Shown here one piece after another: positions 1 to 11,109 of a stretch of 64,000 nucleotides of DNA. Position numbers and translations under genes: made by a program. The notes under the pieces are model-generated. The model did not search any database. It was given only the letters and a program-made list of their open reading frames with translations, and was not told where the DNA came from. The DNA is from Trueperaceae bacterium (GTDB lineage Bacteria; Deinococcota; Deinococci; Deinococcales; Trueperaceae): positions 3,072,001 to 3,136,000 of the forward strand of contig OZ243927.1 of the NCBI GenBank assembly GCA_965213925.1. The letters are read 5' to 3'. Numbering within the stretch: the first letter of the stretch is position 1; every line of letters begins with the position of its first letter.

Positions 1-2
1 TT

Positions 3-680
3 TCGGGCTCCGCGCCGCTCAGTCCGCAGATCATGAGGGAGCTTGAAGCGGTCTTTCGTCTCCCCGTTTTGGAGCGCTACGGCATGACCGAAACAGTGAT
101 GAATTTAGGCAATCCGCTACGCGGTGAGCGGAAAGCGGGCTCGGTGGGCGTGCCCTTTGCGGGCGTCCAGGTACGCGTTGTAGACAAGGACAACAACGCC
201 GTGACGCCAGGCACAATAGGCGAGTTGCAACTGCGCGGTCCCAACGTCACGAAAGGGTATTGGAATAAACCGGCTGAGACGGAAGCGAGCTTCGTGGACG
301 GCTGGTTTAAGACGGGCGACTTGGGCTTTATGGACGAAGACGGCTACTACTTCCTGACCGGACGCGCCAAGGAGCTAATTATTTCAGGTGGCTTTAACGT
401 CTATCCTCGAGAGGTCGAAGAGGTCTTGGCGCAGCACGGCGCGGTGCAAGAGGTCGCGGTGCTGGGGCTACCGGATGACGATTTGGTTGAGCGGGTGGTG
501 GCGGCTGTTGTGGTGGACGGGAAAGTTGAGGCGTCCAAACTGCAAGCGTTTTGCAAGGAGAAGCTGGCGAGTTTCAAGAAGCCCAAAGAGGTCTTTTTCG
601 TGGACGAGTTGCCGCGCAACGCGCTGGGAAAGGTGCAGAAGCATGTGTTGAGAGAGAAGCTCGAGTCCAGCGCGGTCTAA
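3..680 (+). CDS. Acyl-CoA synthetase, malonyl-CoA synthetase MatB-like (5'-truncated by window edge)
   Basis: Frame is open from base 3 (SGSAPL...). ANL-family motifs ERYGMTET, GWFKTGDLG and LPRNALGKVQK. Confidence 0.85.
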   Translation, partial: SGSAPLSPQIMRELEAVFRLPVLERYGMTETVMNLGNPLRGERKAGSVGVPFAGVQVRVVDKDNNAVTPGTIGELQLRGPNVTKGYWNKPAETEASFVDGWFKTGDLGFMDEDGYYFLTGRAKELIISGGFNVYPREVEEVLAQHGAVQEVAVLGLPDDDLVERVVAAVVVDGKVEASKLQAFCKEKLASFKKPKEVFFVDELPRNALGKVQKHVLREKLESSAV

Positions 681-2161
681 CGTCTCGACACCTCGACAAC
701 TTGCCCCAGCCACCGATTGAACAGCGGCACCAGTGGATTATCCTCAGCCGTTACAATGTCGATATGGGTGAGACCGGGCAACACATACGCGGAGAAAAAG
801 ACGCTCGCGCGCGCGTTGTTATACGCCGAGAAGCCGTCTAGCGTCGGCACGAGCCCGCGACCCGCGCCCACCGCGAGCGTCGGCGTGTTCACCTCGCTGT
901 TCGGCACGAAACCCGGCTCATCGCGCAAGGTGACGTCTAAACGCGCCATGTCGAGCAGCAAGCGTACTGGGAAGTACCACTCGTTGAAGTTGGTGTCGGC
1001 GGTGACTTGCGACGCGATGAGCGTGCGTAAGTCGGTGCGCTCTCGGCTCGGGTCGCCGCGCTCCCAGCGCACGGCGTCGTACCCCTCCGCGACGCCAGAG
1101 ACGCTGCGTGAGCGTGCGCCCTTCTTCCCTTCGGACAAAAACGCGATGAGGTTGCCGTGGAAGGTCGCGCCGACAGGCTCGCCCACCGACGCGCCGAACG
1201 CGGGCGAAAACTCGTAGCGGTCGTCGATCGCTACGCCAGCCGCCGCAAAGTTCGTGATGGGAAAGTCGGCGAGGTCTTCGGGCGCGAGTTCGCCCGGCTC
1301 GAGCTGCGCGAGCAGCACCAAAGCTTCGGTTCGGGCGTACGTATGCGGCGCGAACGCGAGGGTGAAGTACGGGTTGCCGCGGCCGGACTCCAAGCTCGCC
1401 ACGTCCGGCACAAGCTTGATGGGTCCGACCGAAACCCCTCCCTCGCGGCTGAACGCGCCCGTGCGCCCGAGCGTGCCGTCGATGAGCAATAGACCGTCCA
1501 GGTGGTCGTCGCCTAAATCCGGGCGGCTCTCGTTGCCGAAGTTATACGCCGCATAGAGCGCCGTCATGCTCGCGCCGAGCGAATGTCCGCCCAGAACAAC
1601 CGTGTCCGCAACCGTATGAGCGCGTTTAACGAGTTCGTGCAGGTCGCGCAGGTGAACCTCTAAACCCCAAGAGGCGAGAAAGGGAACCTCTTCGGGCGGT
1701 ACCGCGTTAAAACCGTCCTTCTTACCGCGATTCTTGACGTAGTAGTCGTAGGCGGTGGTCGGGTCGCCCGTGCGCAAGCTCTCCAACGTCGCGCTGCGGT
1801 CTTCTAGAAGGTTGGCGCGGCGGTCCACCGTCCAGACCTCTAGCCCCGGCTGGCTCGCCACCAATTGCCGCGCCACGATGTCCATCGTCGCCGCGCCGCC
1901 GAAGATGCCCGGCACGAGGATGAGCACCGTCTCGCTGGGCTCGTCCACTTTCGGCGCGGTGTAGCGCACGTAGAGAGCTTTGTTGTAGCGCCCTGGCGTG
2001 TTGGGCGCGGCGTACCCCGGCACACTGACGTATTCACTCCTTACGCGCTCTGGCGCGAAGCGGTACGTCGCACTCGGCACGTCGAGGTCGACGCGCATGT
2101 CGGGGATGGGCAGACAGCCCGCCAGAAGGATGAGCAGCAGTAGCGCGGCAGAGCGAAACAC
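677..2161 (-). CDS. Secreted alpha/beta-hydrolase lipoprotein
   Basis: GTG start at 2161 gives a lipobox signal (LLLILLAG-C). Nucleophile elbow GHSLG, oxyanion-type LVPG, and C-terminal His in THID. Confidence 0.7.
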   Translation of the reverse strand: MFRSAALLLLILLAGCLPIPDMRVDLDVPSATYRFAPERVRSEYVSVPGYAAPNTPGRYNKALYVRYTAPKVDEPSETVLILVPGIFGGAATMDIVARQLVASQPGLEVWTVDRRANLLEDRSATLESLRTGDPTTAYDYYVKNRGKKDGFNAVPPEEVPFLASWGLEVHLRDLHELVKRAHTVADTVVLGGHSLGASMTALYAAYNFGNESRPDLGDDHLDGLLLIDGTLGRTGAFSREGGVSVGPIKLVPDVASLESGRGNPYFTLAFAPHTYARTEALVLLAQLEPGELAPEDLADFPITNFAAAGVAIDDRYEFSPAFGASVGEPVGATFHGNLIAFLSEGKKGARSRSVSGVAEGYDAVRWERGDPSRERTDLRTLIASQVTADTNFNEWYFPVRLLLDMARLDVTLRDEPGFVPNSEVNTPTLAVGAGRGLVPTLDGFSAYNNARASVFFSAYVLPGLTHIDIVTAEDNPLVPLFNRWLGQVVEVSRR

Positions 2162-2485
2162 CCGTCCATTGTGACCTTTTACGTTTCCGACATCCACACC
2201 GTGGTTTACGCAAGTTCGCCGCGCCGACGCGAACATGAAGTTTTTTACACCGGGTCGGGCTCGTATTGAAAGGCAAACCACAGTGTTTCGCGGCGCTCCG
2301 GAACCTCTACTGAGGTGGTAGCAGCGAGCGAAACTGACCTAAGCGAAATCTGCGCGATGTTCCTCGGTACCTGCATACTCTTTACATTTTGTCAAGTAAT
2401 GCTTTAGGATAGAACCGCAATGGTGTAACAGAAAATTTGGCGAAAGTTCAGTTTTGCGCAGGTCTCGAGCCCAAGGGAGAAGAGG

Positions 2486-4216
2486 ATGAACCTATCTGTC
2501 CAGGCTTTAATCGCCTTTACGCCCATCTTAGCTGCCGCGGTTATGCTCATCGGGCTGCGCTGGCCCGCCCGCTACGCCATGCCGATCGTTTACGTCATAG
2601 CAGCGCTTCTCGCGCTAGCAGTGTGGAGCGTCCCTTTTGCGCAGGTCGCCGCTTCGACGGTCGAAGGGCTCTTCATCACCTTCGACATTTTGTTCATCGT
2701 CTTCGGGGCGATTTTGCTTTTGAATACGCTCGAGCACTCCGGCGCGATCCAGACCATCCGTGCCAACTTTGTAGACATCAGCACCGACAGGCGCGTGCAA
2801 GTCGTCATCATCGCGTGGCTCTTCGGCGCGTTTTTAGAGGGCGCGGCGGGCTTCGGCACGCCCGCCGCCATCGCCGCCCCTCTGCTCGTCGCGCTCGGCT
2901 TTCCCGCGATGGCAGCGGTCGTCATCGGCTTGATGATCCAGAGCACGCCCGTAACCTTTGGCGCAGTCGGCACGCCCATCGTCATCGGCGTGACGGGCGG
3001 CTTAGAGAACTCGCAAGCGACGGCGCAGCTCGACAACGCCGGCGTACCCTTCGACGCCTACTTACAGATGGTCACCGCCGAGTCCGCCATTATCCACGGC
3101 ATCGTCGGCACGCTCATACCTCTTTTTATGGTCATGATGATGACGCGCTTTTTCGGTAAGAACCAATCTTGGACCGAAGGACTGTCCATCTTGCCCTTCG
3201 CGCTCTTTGGCGGCGTGGCGTTTACGATTCCTTACACGCTTACCGGCATTTTCTTAGGACCGGAGTTTCCCTCACTCATCGGCGCACTAGTAGGGCTGGC
3301 TGTCGTTACATTTGCGGCGCGGCGCGGCTTTTTGCTGCCGGACGACACCTGGGACTTTCCGCCCAGGGAGGAGTGGAGCGAGCGCTGGCTCGGCAACATG
3401 GACCAGCGCCTCGACACCACGGCGGAGAAAGTCATGTCCACGTGGATGGCGTGGACGCCCTACGTGCTCCTCGCGCTGATCTTGGTCGCGAGCCGCATCT
3501 TCACGCCGTTTACAAACGCCCTCCAAGCGCTGACCATCAGCGTGCCCAACCTCTTCGGTACGGAGATCACCCCGGCGACTTCACCTCTTTATTTGCCGGG
3601 ATTTATCCTCATCGTCGTCGTCGCTATCACCTACTTTTTGCACCGCATGTCCGGGGGAGAACTCGGTAGAGCTTTTCGCGAATCCGGGCAGACGCTTCTC
3701 GGCGCGGGCTTCGTCCTCGTCTTCACCGTGCCGATGGTGCGCATTTACATCAACTCGGACGTAAACGCCGCCGACTTAGCGAGTATGCCCGTGGCGATGG
3801 GCGAGTGGGTCGCGGCAACCGCGGGCGGCGTGTGGCCCTTTTTCGCGCCGACGATTGGCGCGTTGGGCGCGTTTATCGCGGGCAGCAACACGATCAGCAA
3901 CCTCATGTTTAGCCTCTTCCAGTTCAGCGTAGCGCAGCAGCTCGCGGTTTCTACCGCCGTCGTGGTGGCGCTGCAGGCGGTAGGCGCGGCGGCGGGCAAT
4001 ATGATCGCGATTCACAACGTTGTGGCGGCGTCCGCGACGGTGGGGCTTTTAGACCGAGAAGGGGATGTGCTGCGCCGAACGATTTTGCCGACGATTTATT
4101 ACGTCATCTTTGCAGGGATTTTGGGGATGGTTGCGATTTATCTCTTGGGCGTTTCTGCACCCGAACTAAGCGGAGCGCAAGCAGCGGCGGAGATACCCGT
4201 TCAGTTATCACAGTAG
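2486..4216 (+). CDS. lctP: L-lactate/glycolate permease
   Basis: Polytopic membrane protein with [27 protein letters not shown] and [10 protein letters not shown] motifs. Purine-rich RBS upstream. Confidence 0.92.
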   Translation: MNLSVQALIAFTPILAAAVMLIGLRWPARYAMPIVYVIAALLALAVWSVPFAQVAASTVEGLFITFDILFIVFGAILLLNTLEHSGAIQTIRANFVDISTDRRVQVVIIAWLFGAFLEGAAGFGTPAAIAAPLLVALGFPAMAAVVIGLMIQSTPVTFGAVGTPIVIGVTGGLENSQATAQLDNAGVPFDAYLQMVTAESAIIHGIVGTLIPLFMVMMMTRFFGKNQSWTEGLSILPFALFGGVAFTIPYTLTGIFLGPEFPSLIGALVGLAVVTFAARRGFLLPDDTWDFPPREEWSERWLGNMDQRLDTTAEKVMSTWMAWTPYVLLALILVASRIFTPFTNALQALTISVPNLFGTEITPATSPLYLPGFILIVVVAITYFLHRMSGGELGRAFRESGQTLLGAGFVLVFTVPMVRIYINSDVNAADLASMPVAMGEWVAATAGGVWPFFAPTIGALGAFIAGSNTISNLMFSLFQFSVAQQLAVSTAVVVALQAVGAAAGNMIAIHNVVAASATVGLLDREGDVLRRTILPTIYYVIFAGILGMVAIYLLGVSAPELSGAQAAAEIPVQLSQ

Positions 4217-4230
4217 CGATAGCCCCGTCA

Positions 4231-4258
4231 GTAGGGGCGATTCATGAATCGCCCCTAC
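4231..4258. repeat. REP-like perfect 28-bp palindrome GTAGGGGCGATTCATGAATCGCCCCTAC
   Basis: Perfect palindrome beginning GTAG, lying between convergent genes. Identical copy at 11204-11231. Confidence 0.9.
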
Positions 4259-4402
4259 GCCGCTCGCTTCATCACACGTTTTGTTCGTGGAACGTGGATT
4301 TGAAAACAAGAGCAAACGACGCAGATGTCATTCCGATCATGGTTTTCTCAGCTATGCAGGCACCGCTAAGTACGTCTCTGACCAAATGGTACCTGCTTAA
4401 TC

Positions 4403-6325
4403 TTAATCCGCCGCTTGCGACCTCTCCTGATACTGCAATTCGTAGAGCTTGCGGTAGTAGCCCTCTTCTTCTAAAAGCTCGAAGTGGTTGCCCTGCTCAA
4501 TCAGCTTGCCCTTTTTCATGACCATGATGCGGTCGGCGTCCTGAATAGTCGATAAGCGGTGCGCGATGATGATACTAGTGCGCCCTTGCATGAGCTTCTC
4601 GAGCGCGTCTTGGATGAGTTCTTCGGTCTCGGTGTCCACGTTGGCAGTGGCTTCGTCTAAGACTAAGAGGATGTCGGGGTTTTGGACCAGAGCGCGCGCA
4701 AACGCAATAAGCTGTTTCTGCCCTGTCGAGAACCCTGCACCTCTTTCCAAGACTGGGCTGTCGTAGCCTTGCGGCAACTTCTCGATGAAGCCGTGCGCGT
4801 TGACGAACTTAGCAGCTTCGACGACGCGCTCTAAAGGTATTGAATCGTCATTGAGCGTGATGTTACTCCGCACCGTCCCGCTGAACAAGAACGGGTCTTG
4901 TAAAACGATACCCACGTGCTGCCGCAGTTCAACTTGGTCGTAGTCGCGCACGTCTTTTCCATCAATCTTAATAGACCCGCGCTGCACGTCGTAAAAGCGG
5001 CTCACGAGGCTGATGATCGTCGTCTTGCCCGCACCCGTGTGCCCGACAAAGGCGACGGATTCTCCTGGCTCGATCGTGAAGTTGAGGTCGCGCAGCACCC
5101 ACTCGTCCTCTTGGTAGGCGAACGACACATCCTCGAACTTGATCTCACCCCGAAACTTGCTCTCGAAGTGCGCGGGGTCGGGGCGGTTCGTGACCGCTTC
5201 GGGCGTATCTAAAAGCTGAAAGATACGCTCAGACGACGCCATCGCCGCTTGCAAGATGTTGTAGCGGTCGCTCAGGTTCTGGATCGGGCGGAAGAAGTCT
5301 CCGGAGTACTGCAAAAACGCTGTCAGCACACCGATGGTCACTGCGCCGCCTGCACCCGGTCCTAAAATCTGCGTCGCGCCGTAAAAGAGGATCATCGCGG
5401 TGGCGAGTGCGCCGATGAGTTGCACCGTCGGGAAGAAGAGGCTGAACCATCTAACCTGCTCGATGTAGGCGTCTAAAAGGCGCAGGTTCATCTCGTCAAA
5501 TTTCTTTTGATTGCGCTCCTCGCGGTTGAAAAGTTGAATCGTCTTCATCCCCGAGAGGTTTTCGGACAGGTACGAGTTCGAGCGCGAGAGCCGTAACCGC
5601 ACCGCTCGGTACGCATCGCGGATGCGCTTGCGCACGTAATTGAGGATGAAGTACAAGACGGGCATCACCGTCAGCGTAATGAGCGCGAGTTGCCAGTTGA
5701 TGCTGAACATGTAGACCGTCAAGCCAATTAGCAGACCGAAGTCCGCCACCATGCCCACCACGCCGTCCGTGACCATGCGCTCGATGGCTTCGATGTCGGA
5801 GGTAATGCGGGTGATGAGGCGTCCGACGGGGGTGCGGTCGAAGAAGCCCATGTGCATCCGCTGAACTTTAGAGAAAATCTCCTTGCGGATATCGTAGATG
5901 ACGTGCTGCCCCATCCACGAAACGAGGTAGGTGTAGCCGTAGCGCAGCCCGAAGTTGAGGAGGCGGAGGCCCATGTAGATCGACACAATAACGAGGATGC
6001 CCTCGTAACGGGCGTCCACCGAGAGGTTGGTAAAGGGCTCGCTGACCGGGCGGATGTAGCGGTCGATAATGAGCGAGATGAGGTAGGGGAAGACGGGGAC
6101 GATGGCGCTGTAGACCAGAAGTAAAGCCATCGCGCCGAAAACCTGTTTGCGGTAGGGGCGCAAGTAGACGAGTAAGCGCTTGGTGATGTCCCAGTCGAAG
6201 GTCTTCTGGAACGCTTCGCCGTCCTCGTCGAAGTCGCCCTCTTTGCGAAGCTGCTTAACGCGCTTTTTGCGGTTACGCTGCGCCTGGCGCTTCATCTCCT
6301 CGACGCTGTAGGTTATTTTTGCCAT
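4403..6325 (-). CDS. Heterodimeric ABC exporter subunit (TmrA/MdlB-like TMD-NBD)
   Basis: 6-TM domain, Walker A GHTGAGKT, degenerate signature FSTGQ, canonical Walker B LVLDE, IAHRLST. Confidence 0.93.
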   Translation of the reverse strand: MAKITYSVEEMKRQAQRNRKKRVKQLRKEGDFDEDGEAFQKTFDWDITKRLLVYLRPYRKQVFGAMALLLVYSAIVPVFPYLISLIIDRYIRPVSEPFTNLSVDARYEGILVIVSIYMGLRLLNFGLRYGYTYLVSWMGQHVIYDIRKEIFSKVQRMHMGFFDRTPVGRLITRITSDIEAIERMVTDGVVGMVADFGLLIGLTVYMFSINWQLALITLTVMPVLYFILNYVRKRIRDAYRAVRLRLSRSNSYLSENLSGMKTIQLFNREERNQKKFDEMNLRLLDAYIEQVRWFSLFFPTVQLIGALATAMILFYGATQILGPGAGGAVTIGVLTAFLQYSGDFFRPIQNLSDRYNILQAAMASSERIFQLLDTPEAVTNRPDPAHFESKFRGEIKFEDVSFAYQEDEWVLRDLNFTIEPGESVAFVGHTGAGKTTIISLVSRFYDVQRGSIKIDGKDVRDYDQVELRQHVGIVLQDPFLFSGTVRSNITLNDDSIPLERVVEAAKFVNAHGFIEKLPQGYDSPVLERGAGFSTGQKQLIAFARALVQNPDILLVLDEATANVDTETEELIQDALEKLMQGRTSIIIAHRLSTIQDADRIMVMKKGKLIEQGNHFELLEEEGYYRKLYELQYQERSQAAD

Positions 6326-6395
6326 ACGTAACTCCTAAATTTTGTACAGATGAGCTGATGTTCACCGCGACAAGAAGTAAACAAGAATCCGATTC

Positions 6396-6947
6396 TCAAA
6401 GCCTATAATCCTCGATAGCGGTGAATTCACAGCCCGTAACACCTTCTGACTCGAGAAAATCCTTCAACTCTTGACTAACAACTGTGATAAATGATTTGAA
6501 GCTCGGGTCTCGAGCCATTGGAATATTTGCACGCTCGAAATCTGTGTCCAGCACAAGCTGTTTTATACGTCGCTTACTCACTTGAGAGCGGTCTTGGTCG
6601 AAGATTTTCACTCCTTTAAGAAGGTGAAATACAACATGCTCCTCTGAAATCACCGTGACGCTATCTCGTTCGGTAATGAGGGTGGGAAAACATTCATACT
6701 CAACTCCGGCACTGCTGAGGAGAGCTATGAGCTTCGGAGAATACACATTAAAATTCGTTCCAGTTTCATGATTATCAAGAAGTTTTTGACTACGCCTTTT
6801 CGAAAAGTTAAGGAGAGGAAAAGGAGCAGTCAATGGTTTAGTTTGCCACATATTTGGATATGGAATGGGAGGCGGATTCTCAAGCTCCAAGTGGCAGGAA
6901 GAACACCGGATAGCAAACCAGGAAGCCTCAAACTTATAAAACTTCAT
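6396..6947 (-). CDS. DUF1629/Imm11-like (MXAN_0049-type) putative immunity protein
   Basis: 183 aa and visibly AT-richer than neighbours. Twice-repeated VxS.(K/E)L..(L/F)L...GV motif ending VSQELKDFLESEGVTGCEF. Confidence 0.6.
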   Translation of the reverse strand: MKFYKFEASWFAIRCSSCHLELENPPPIPYPNMWQTKPLTAPFPLLNFSKRRSQKLLDNHETGTNFNVYSPKLIALLSSAGVEYECFPTLITERDSVTVISEEHVVFHLLKGVKIFDQDRSQVSKRRIKQLVLDTDFERANIPMARDPSFKSFITVVSQELKDFLESEGVTGCEFTAIEDYRL

Positions 6948-6980
6948 AGGACATGGTATAGCCGTAGTCTAACCACCTGC

Positions 6981-8834
6981 TCACGCCGCATCTAACGACT
7001 CCTCCAACTGCTGCCGCCTGTCGATATCCGCGTACCAGCCGTCTTGCGCAATTAGCTCCTCATGCGAGCCTTCTTCGAGGATGCGCCCCTCTTCCAAAAC
7101 GAGGATGCGATCGGTATTTTGAAAGCCCGAGACGCGGTGTCCGACGATGATGCTGGTGCGCCCCGGCATCACCTCAGCGAGCCCGTCCAAGATGAGCGCC
7201 TCGGTCTGGGTGTCCACAGCGGAGAGGGCGTCGTCCAGAATGAGGATATTCGGATTGCGGATAATCGCCCGCGCCATCGCCGTGCGCTGCCGCTGACCAC
7301 CCGAAAGCGTCACGCCGCGCTCGCCCAAACTCGTGTCGTAGCCTTGCGGAAACTCCTCCACATCGCCCGCGAGCTGAACGAGCCGCGCGACCTCTTGCGC
7401 TTTGAGCTTCAGGTTTTCTGGCGTGTCGTCGGGGATGCCGTAGGCAATGTTTTCAGCAATCGTATCCGAGAAGAGGAAAGGTTCTTGCGGCACGAGCCCG
7501 ATGTGGCTGCGCAGAATTTGGAGCGGGTACTTTTTAACGTCCACGCCGTCAATCAGCACGGTTCCAGAAGTCGGGTCGATGAGGCGCGTGATGAGGTTGA
7601 CGATGATGGTCTTGCCCGAGCCCGTATGCCCGGTGACGCCGATGCTCTCCCCCGCCCGGATGCGGAAGGAGACGTTCTCCAAGGCGCGGAACTCGCCGAA
7701 GTCCACGGTGACGTCGCGAAACTCGATGTCGCCGCGCACGGTATTGAGGCTGTAGTCCGTGTTCTCGTCGTCCTGAATCTCGGGCTCCGCGTCGAAAATC
7801 TCCTTGAGCCGTCCCCAGGAGGTGTAGCCGCGCTGGGCAATGTTCGCAATCCAGCCGAGCGCCAAAAGGGGCCACTGAATCTGCGCGAAGAGCAAGACGA
7901 AGTCCACGAAGCCGCCCACCGTCAAGCTGCCACCGAGCCCAAGCGTGAAGCGCCCGCCGACGAGTAAAAGTGCGGAAATCGCGACACCGAACAAGAGTTC
8001 CATGAGCGGGAAGAGAGGTCCGTCTACTTTCGTTAGGGAGAGGTTGCGGCGGATGAACTCGTCGTTCAAACGTCCGAAGGCGTCCGTCTCGCGCGCTTCG
8101 ATGCCGAAGCCCTTGACCACGCGGATGCCGCTGAAGTTCTCCTGCGCCATCGCGGAGACGTTCGAAAACTGCTCCTGCACGCGCTCGTAGCGCCTGTAGA
8201 CCATCCGCAAGAGGATGAAGAAGCTGACCGTAATGAGCGGAATGATGAGGAGTGTCATCAGCGTCAAGTTGACGTTGAGGTTGAACATCCGGTAGAGCGT
8301 GAAGCCGATGAGCAAGAATGTGTTGATACCCTGAAAGACGCCCACGCCGATAAGCTGGCGTACTGCGCTCAAATCCGCCGTGAGCCGCGCCATGAGGTCG
8401 CCGACGCGCGTGTTGTCGTAGTAGTTCGTGCTCAAATCCGTAAAGTGGTCGAAGAGGTCGTGGCGGATGTCGAACTGGATTTCCCAACTGGCGTTGAGGA
8501 TGGTGCGGCGGACCATGATCATCGCGTAGGCAGCGACGCCCGCGACGAGCGCCAGACCGATGATGTAGAGCCAGATGCTCGGGTTTTCGGGGGGCGTCGT
8601 GAGGTTGCGGTAGAGGTCTTGGAAGGTTTCTACGTTGCTGAACAAACCGGCAAAATAAGCCCAGGGAGCTTCGAGGGTCATCACCTCGCGGTTAAAGGCG
8701 TCGATAGCGTTACCGATGATTCTGGGCGTTTGCACCGTAAAGAAGCTGTAGACGACGAGCATGAAGATGCCCACCGAGAACTGTCTCGGGTAGCGGCGGA
8801 TATAGGCGTAGAGTTCTTTCGTCATTTTTAGCAT
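6981..8834 (-). CDS. Heterodimeric ABC exporter subunit (TmrB/MdlA-like TMD-NBD)
   Basis: Walker A GHTGSGKT, canonical LSGGQ, degenerate Walker B ILILDD. Complements the partner at 4403-6325. Confidence 0.93.
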   Translation of the reverse strand: MLKMTKELYAYIRRYPRQFSVGIFMLVVYSFFTVQTPRIIGNAIDAFNREVMTLEAPWAYFAGLFSNVETFQDLYRNLTTPPENPSIWLYIIGLALVAGVAAYAMIMVRRTILNASWEIQFDIRHDLFDHFTDLSTNYYDNTRVGDLMARLTADLSAVRQLIGVGVFQGINTFLLIGFTLYRMFNLNVNLTLMTLLIIPLITVSFFILLRMVYRRYERVQEQFSNVSAMAQENFSGIRVVKGFGIEARETDAFGRLNDEFIRRNLSLTKVDGPLFPLMELLFGVAISALLLVGGRFTLGLGGSLTVGGFVDFVLLFAQIQWPLLALGWIANIAQRGYTSWGRLKEIFDAEPEIQDDENTDYSLNTVRGDIEFRDVTVDFGEFRALENVSFRIRAGESIGVTGHTGSGKTIIVNLITRLIDPTSGTVLIDGVDVKKYPLQILRSHIGLVPQEPFLFSDTIAENIAYGIPDDTPENLKLKAQEVARLVQLAGDVEEFPQGYDTSLGERGVTLSGGQRQRTAMARAIIRNPNILILDDALSAVDTQTEALILDGLAEVMPGRTSIIVGHRVSGFQNTDRILVLEEGRILEEGSHEELIAQDGWYADIDRRQQLEESLDAA

Positions 8835-9028
8835 GAGTTCCCCTACCCAGGAATGGTCGCGGTGGTCGTAAGTAATATAGATTTGTGGAGGCTCGAGGCG
8901 TCAAAAGCGCTAAGCAGCCTGTGATATTAGCACGTTTTCAAGATGGGAGGTTAGTGCCCGCTAACACAACATCACAAAAGTACCGTACGCAATAACAGCG
9001 CTAACGGTACGCCGGTGAGCACTGCTTC

Positions 9029-9053
9029 GTAGGGGGAATTCATGAATTCTTAC
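9029..9053. repeat. Degenerate copy of the GTAG REP palindrome
   Basis: GTAGGGGGAATTCATGAATTCTTAC keeps the GTAG start and ATTCATGAAT core. Confidence 0.6.
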
Positions 9054-9064
9054 GCGCTGCACTC

Positions 9065-10117
9065 TCAACCTTGCAGCGCCGCCTCGTCCTCCTGCGCCAG
9101 CTCCGCAAGCTTATCGAACTGCTGCACCGTCCCGAGCGAGATGAGGTGGTCGCCCGCTTGCAGGGTGAAGTCCGCGTCTGGGTTACTGATGGGCTCGCTG
9201 CCGCGCAAAATCGCCAAGATATTGACGCCGGAGCGCCGCCGCAAGTCGAGCGACCCTAAGCTTTTGCCTTCGAAGGTGCTCGCAGGTTGGACCTCGAACT
9301 CTTGCACCCCTAAAGCCGCCTGCCCCCGCATCAACGTCGTCTCTAAAAAGTCGATCACGGCGGGGTTGATGGCTAAATTGACGAGCCGCCGTCCGCCTAC
9401 AGCGTAGGGGTTGATCACCCTGTCCGCGCCCGCTTGCTTGAGCTTGCGCAGGGCGGCGTCCTCGTCCGCACGGGCGATAATCAGCAGGTCGCGGTTCAAG
9501 GCCCGCGCGCTCATCGCGATAAAGGCGTTGCTCGCGTCGTTACCGGCCGCCGCGATAAGTCCTTTCGCGCGTTCGATACCTGCCAGTTCCAAGACGTCAT
9601 CCTCAGTGGCGTCGCCGCGCACGAAGAGGTAGCCCTCCCGCTCGGCGACATCGAGTACAACGTCATCGTTGTCAACGACGACGAACGCTTCCTCGCTTTC
9701 GCGCAGTTCGCTCGCGGCTTGCTGCCCCATCCGCCCGAAACCCGCCAGAATAATGTGTTTGCCCAGTTGCGCGATTTTCTCTTTCATCCTGCGCCTTTCT
9801 CCCTGACCGCTGAGTTGCACCGCGACGAGGTGCTCCATTACCGCCGTGAAGAGGTAAAACAGACTGGCAATCCCCGTTATCGCGATAAACACCGTGAAAA
9901 TACGCCCGACGCCCCTCAGCGGATGAATTTCATTATAACCAACCGTCGTGATGGTGATGAAGGTCATGTAGAGCGCGTCGAGCCAGGTGCCGCCCTCGCT
10001 GAGCCACAAGAGGTAGTAGCCCACCGTACCGACGACAATCACGCCGATGGCGAGAAGGATAGGATACTTGAGGCGGCGGATGAGGTCGGAGAAGTTCGGG
10101 GCGCTGGCGTTTGGCAC
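9065..10117 (-). CDS. Potassium channel protein (2-TM pore plus RCK/TrkA-N and TrkA-C domains)
   Basis: Selectivity-filter-like TTVGYNE, Rossmann GFGRMG, TrkA-C tail. GTG start inferred at 10117. Confidence 0.88.
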   Translation of the reverse strand: MPNASAPNFSDLIRRLKYPILLAIGVIVVGTVGYYLLWLSEGGTWLDALYMTFITITTVGYNEIHPLRGVGRIFTVFIAITGIASLFYLFTAVMEHLVAVQLSGQGERRRMKEKIAQLGKHIILAGFGRMGQQAASELRESEEAFVVVDNDDVVLDVAEREGYLFVRGDATEDDVLELAGIERAKGLIAAAGNDASNAFIAMSARALNRDLLIIARADEDAALRKLKQAGADRVINPYAVGGRRLVNLAINPAVIDFLETTLMRGQAALGVQEFEVQPASTFEGKSLGSLDLRRRSGVNILAILRGSEPISNPDADFTLQAGDHLISLGTVQQFDKLAELAQEDEAALQG

Positions 10118-10278
10118 AGGGATATTATCGCCTAAACCGTTCGGGCAACACAAATGGATTTAGGCGAACGCAACGGGAACAAGCAGACGCTAAGGTCCTG
10201 ACCATCTCACATAGACTACGTGCGCCATGCTCTAAGTGCCATCCCCGCATCAGCAGACCGCGAGCGAAACGCCCTGCG

Positions 10279-11109
10279 TCAACCGAACGAAATTTTCTTA
10301 AATTCCTTTGTTTGCTCCTCCAACGCTCTCTCCACAGGCAGCCGCTCCATGCTGCTCGCCCCGTAAAACCCGTTTACATGCTTGCAATGTTTGAGGACAT
10401 ATTCCGCGTCGTCGGGCATCGCGATAGGTCCGCCGTGACAGAGGATGATGACGTCGTCTCGCACCGACTTCGCCGCGTCTGACCATTCGTCGATAAGAGG
10501 TACACAATCCTCTAAAGTCTTACCCGTCTCCGCGCCGATGGCTCCACCTGTCGTCAAGCCCATATGAGGAACGAGAATGTCCGCGCCCGCTTCGGTCATA
10601 GCCGCGGCGTCCTCCGCGCTGAAGATATAGGGTGTAGTGAAGAGGTCTAAAGCGTGCGCGTTCGCTATCATCTCGACCTCTAGGTCGTAACCCATCCCAG
10701 TCTCTTCCAAGTTCGTCCTAAAGTTGCCGTCAATCAAACCGACCGTAGGAAAGTTCTGCACGCCGGAAAAGCCCAAATATTTGAGGTCTTCTAAAAAAGA
10801 GTTCAACATGAAGGGGTCCGTTCCGTTGACACCTGCTAGGACGGGCGTCTCCTTAACGACGGGCAGCACCTCTTTCGCCATCTCTACAACAATCTCGTTG
10901 GCGTTGCCATAAGCCAAAAGTCCCGCTAACGAGCCGCGCCCCGCCATGCGGTAGCGCCCCGAGTTGTAAATCACGATGAGGTCAATCCCGCCCGCTTCCT
11001 CCCACTTCGCGGAGAGCCCCGTGCCTGCGCCCCCGCCGATGATGGGCTCACCGCGCTCAATCATGCGGTTAAATTTAGCTAAGAGGTCGGAACGTTCGAA
11101 TTGGGGCAT
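10279..11109 (-). CDS. TIM-barrel protein, PEP-hydrolase-like family (Tm-1 C-terminal domain homologue)
   Basis: [39 protein letters not shown] and [12 protein letters not shown] motifs. Confidence 0.9.
   Translation of the reverse strand: MPQFERSDLLAKFNRMIERGEPIIGGGAGTGLSAKWEEAGGIDLIVIYNSGRYRMAGRGSLAGLLAYGNANEIVVEMAKEVLPVVKETPVLAGVNGTDPFMLNSFLEDLKYLGFSGVQNFPTVGLIDGNFRTNLEETGMGYDLEVEMIANAHALDLFTTPYIFSAEDAAAMTEAGADILVPHMGLTTGGAIGAETGKTLEDCVPLIDEWSDAAKSVRDDVIILCHGGPIAMPDDAEYVLKHCKHVNGFYGASSMERLPVERALEEQTKEFKKISFG

Noticed and set aside
2419..2437. LldR/GlcC (FadR-family) operator upstream of lctP
   Set aside because: AATGGTGTAACAG is only a weak half-match to TGGT-N3-ACCA.
7062..8487. Long alternative-frame ORFs (301 and 312 aa) and similar shadow ORFs throughout the window
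   Set aside because: They overlap well-supported genes and have the Arg/Ala/Pro-rich composition typical of high-GC shadow frames.
8950..8965. GTTAG-N6-CTAAC operator upstream of the ABC exporter
   Set aside because: It has 5-bp arms, a single occurrence and no adjacent regulator, so it could be chance.
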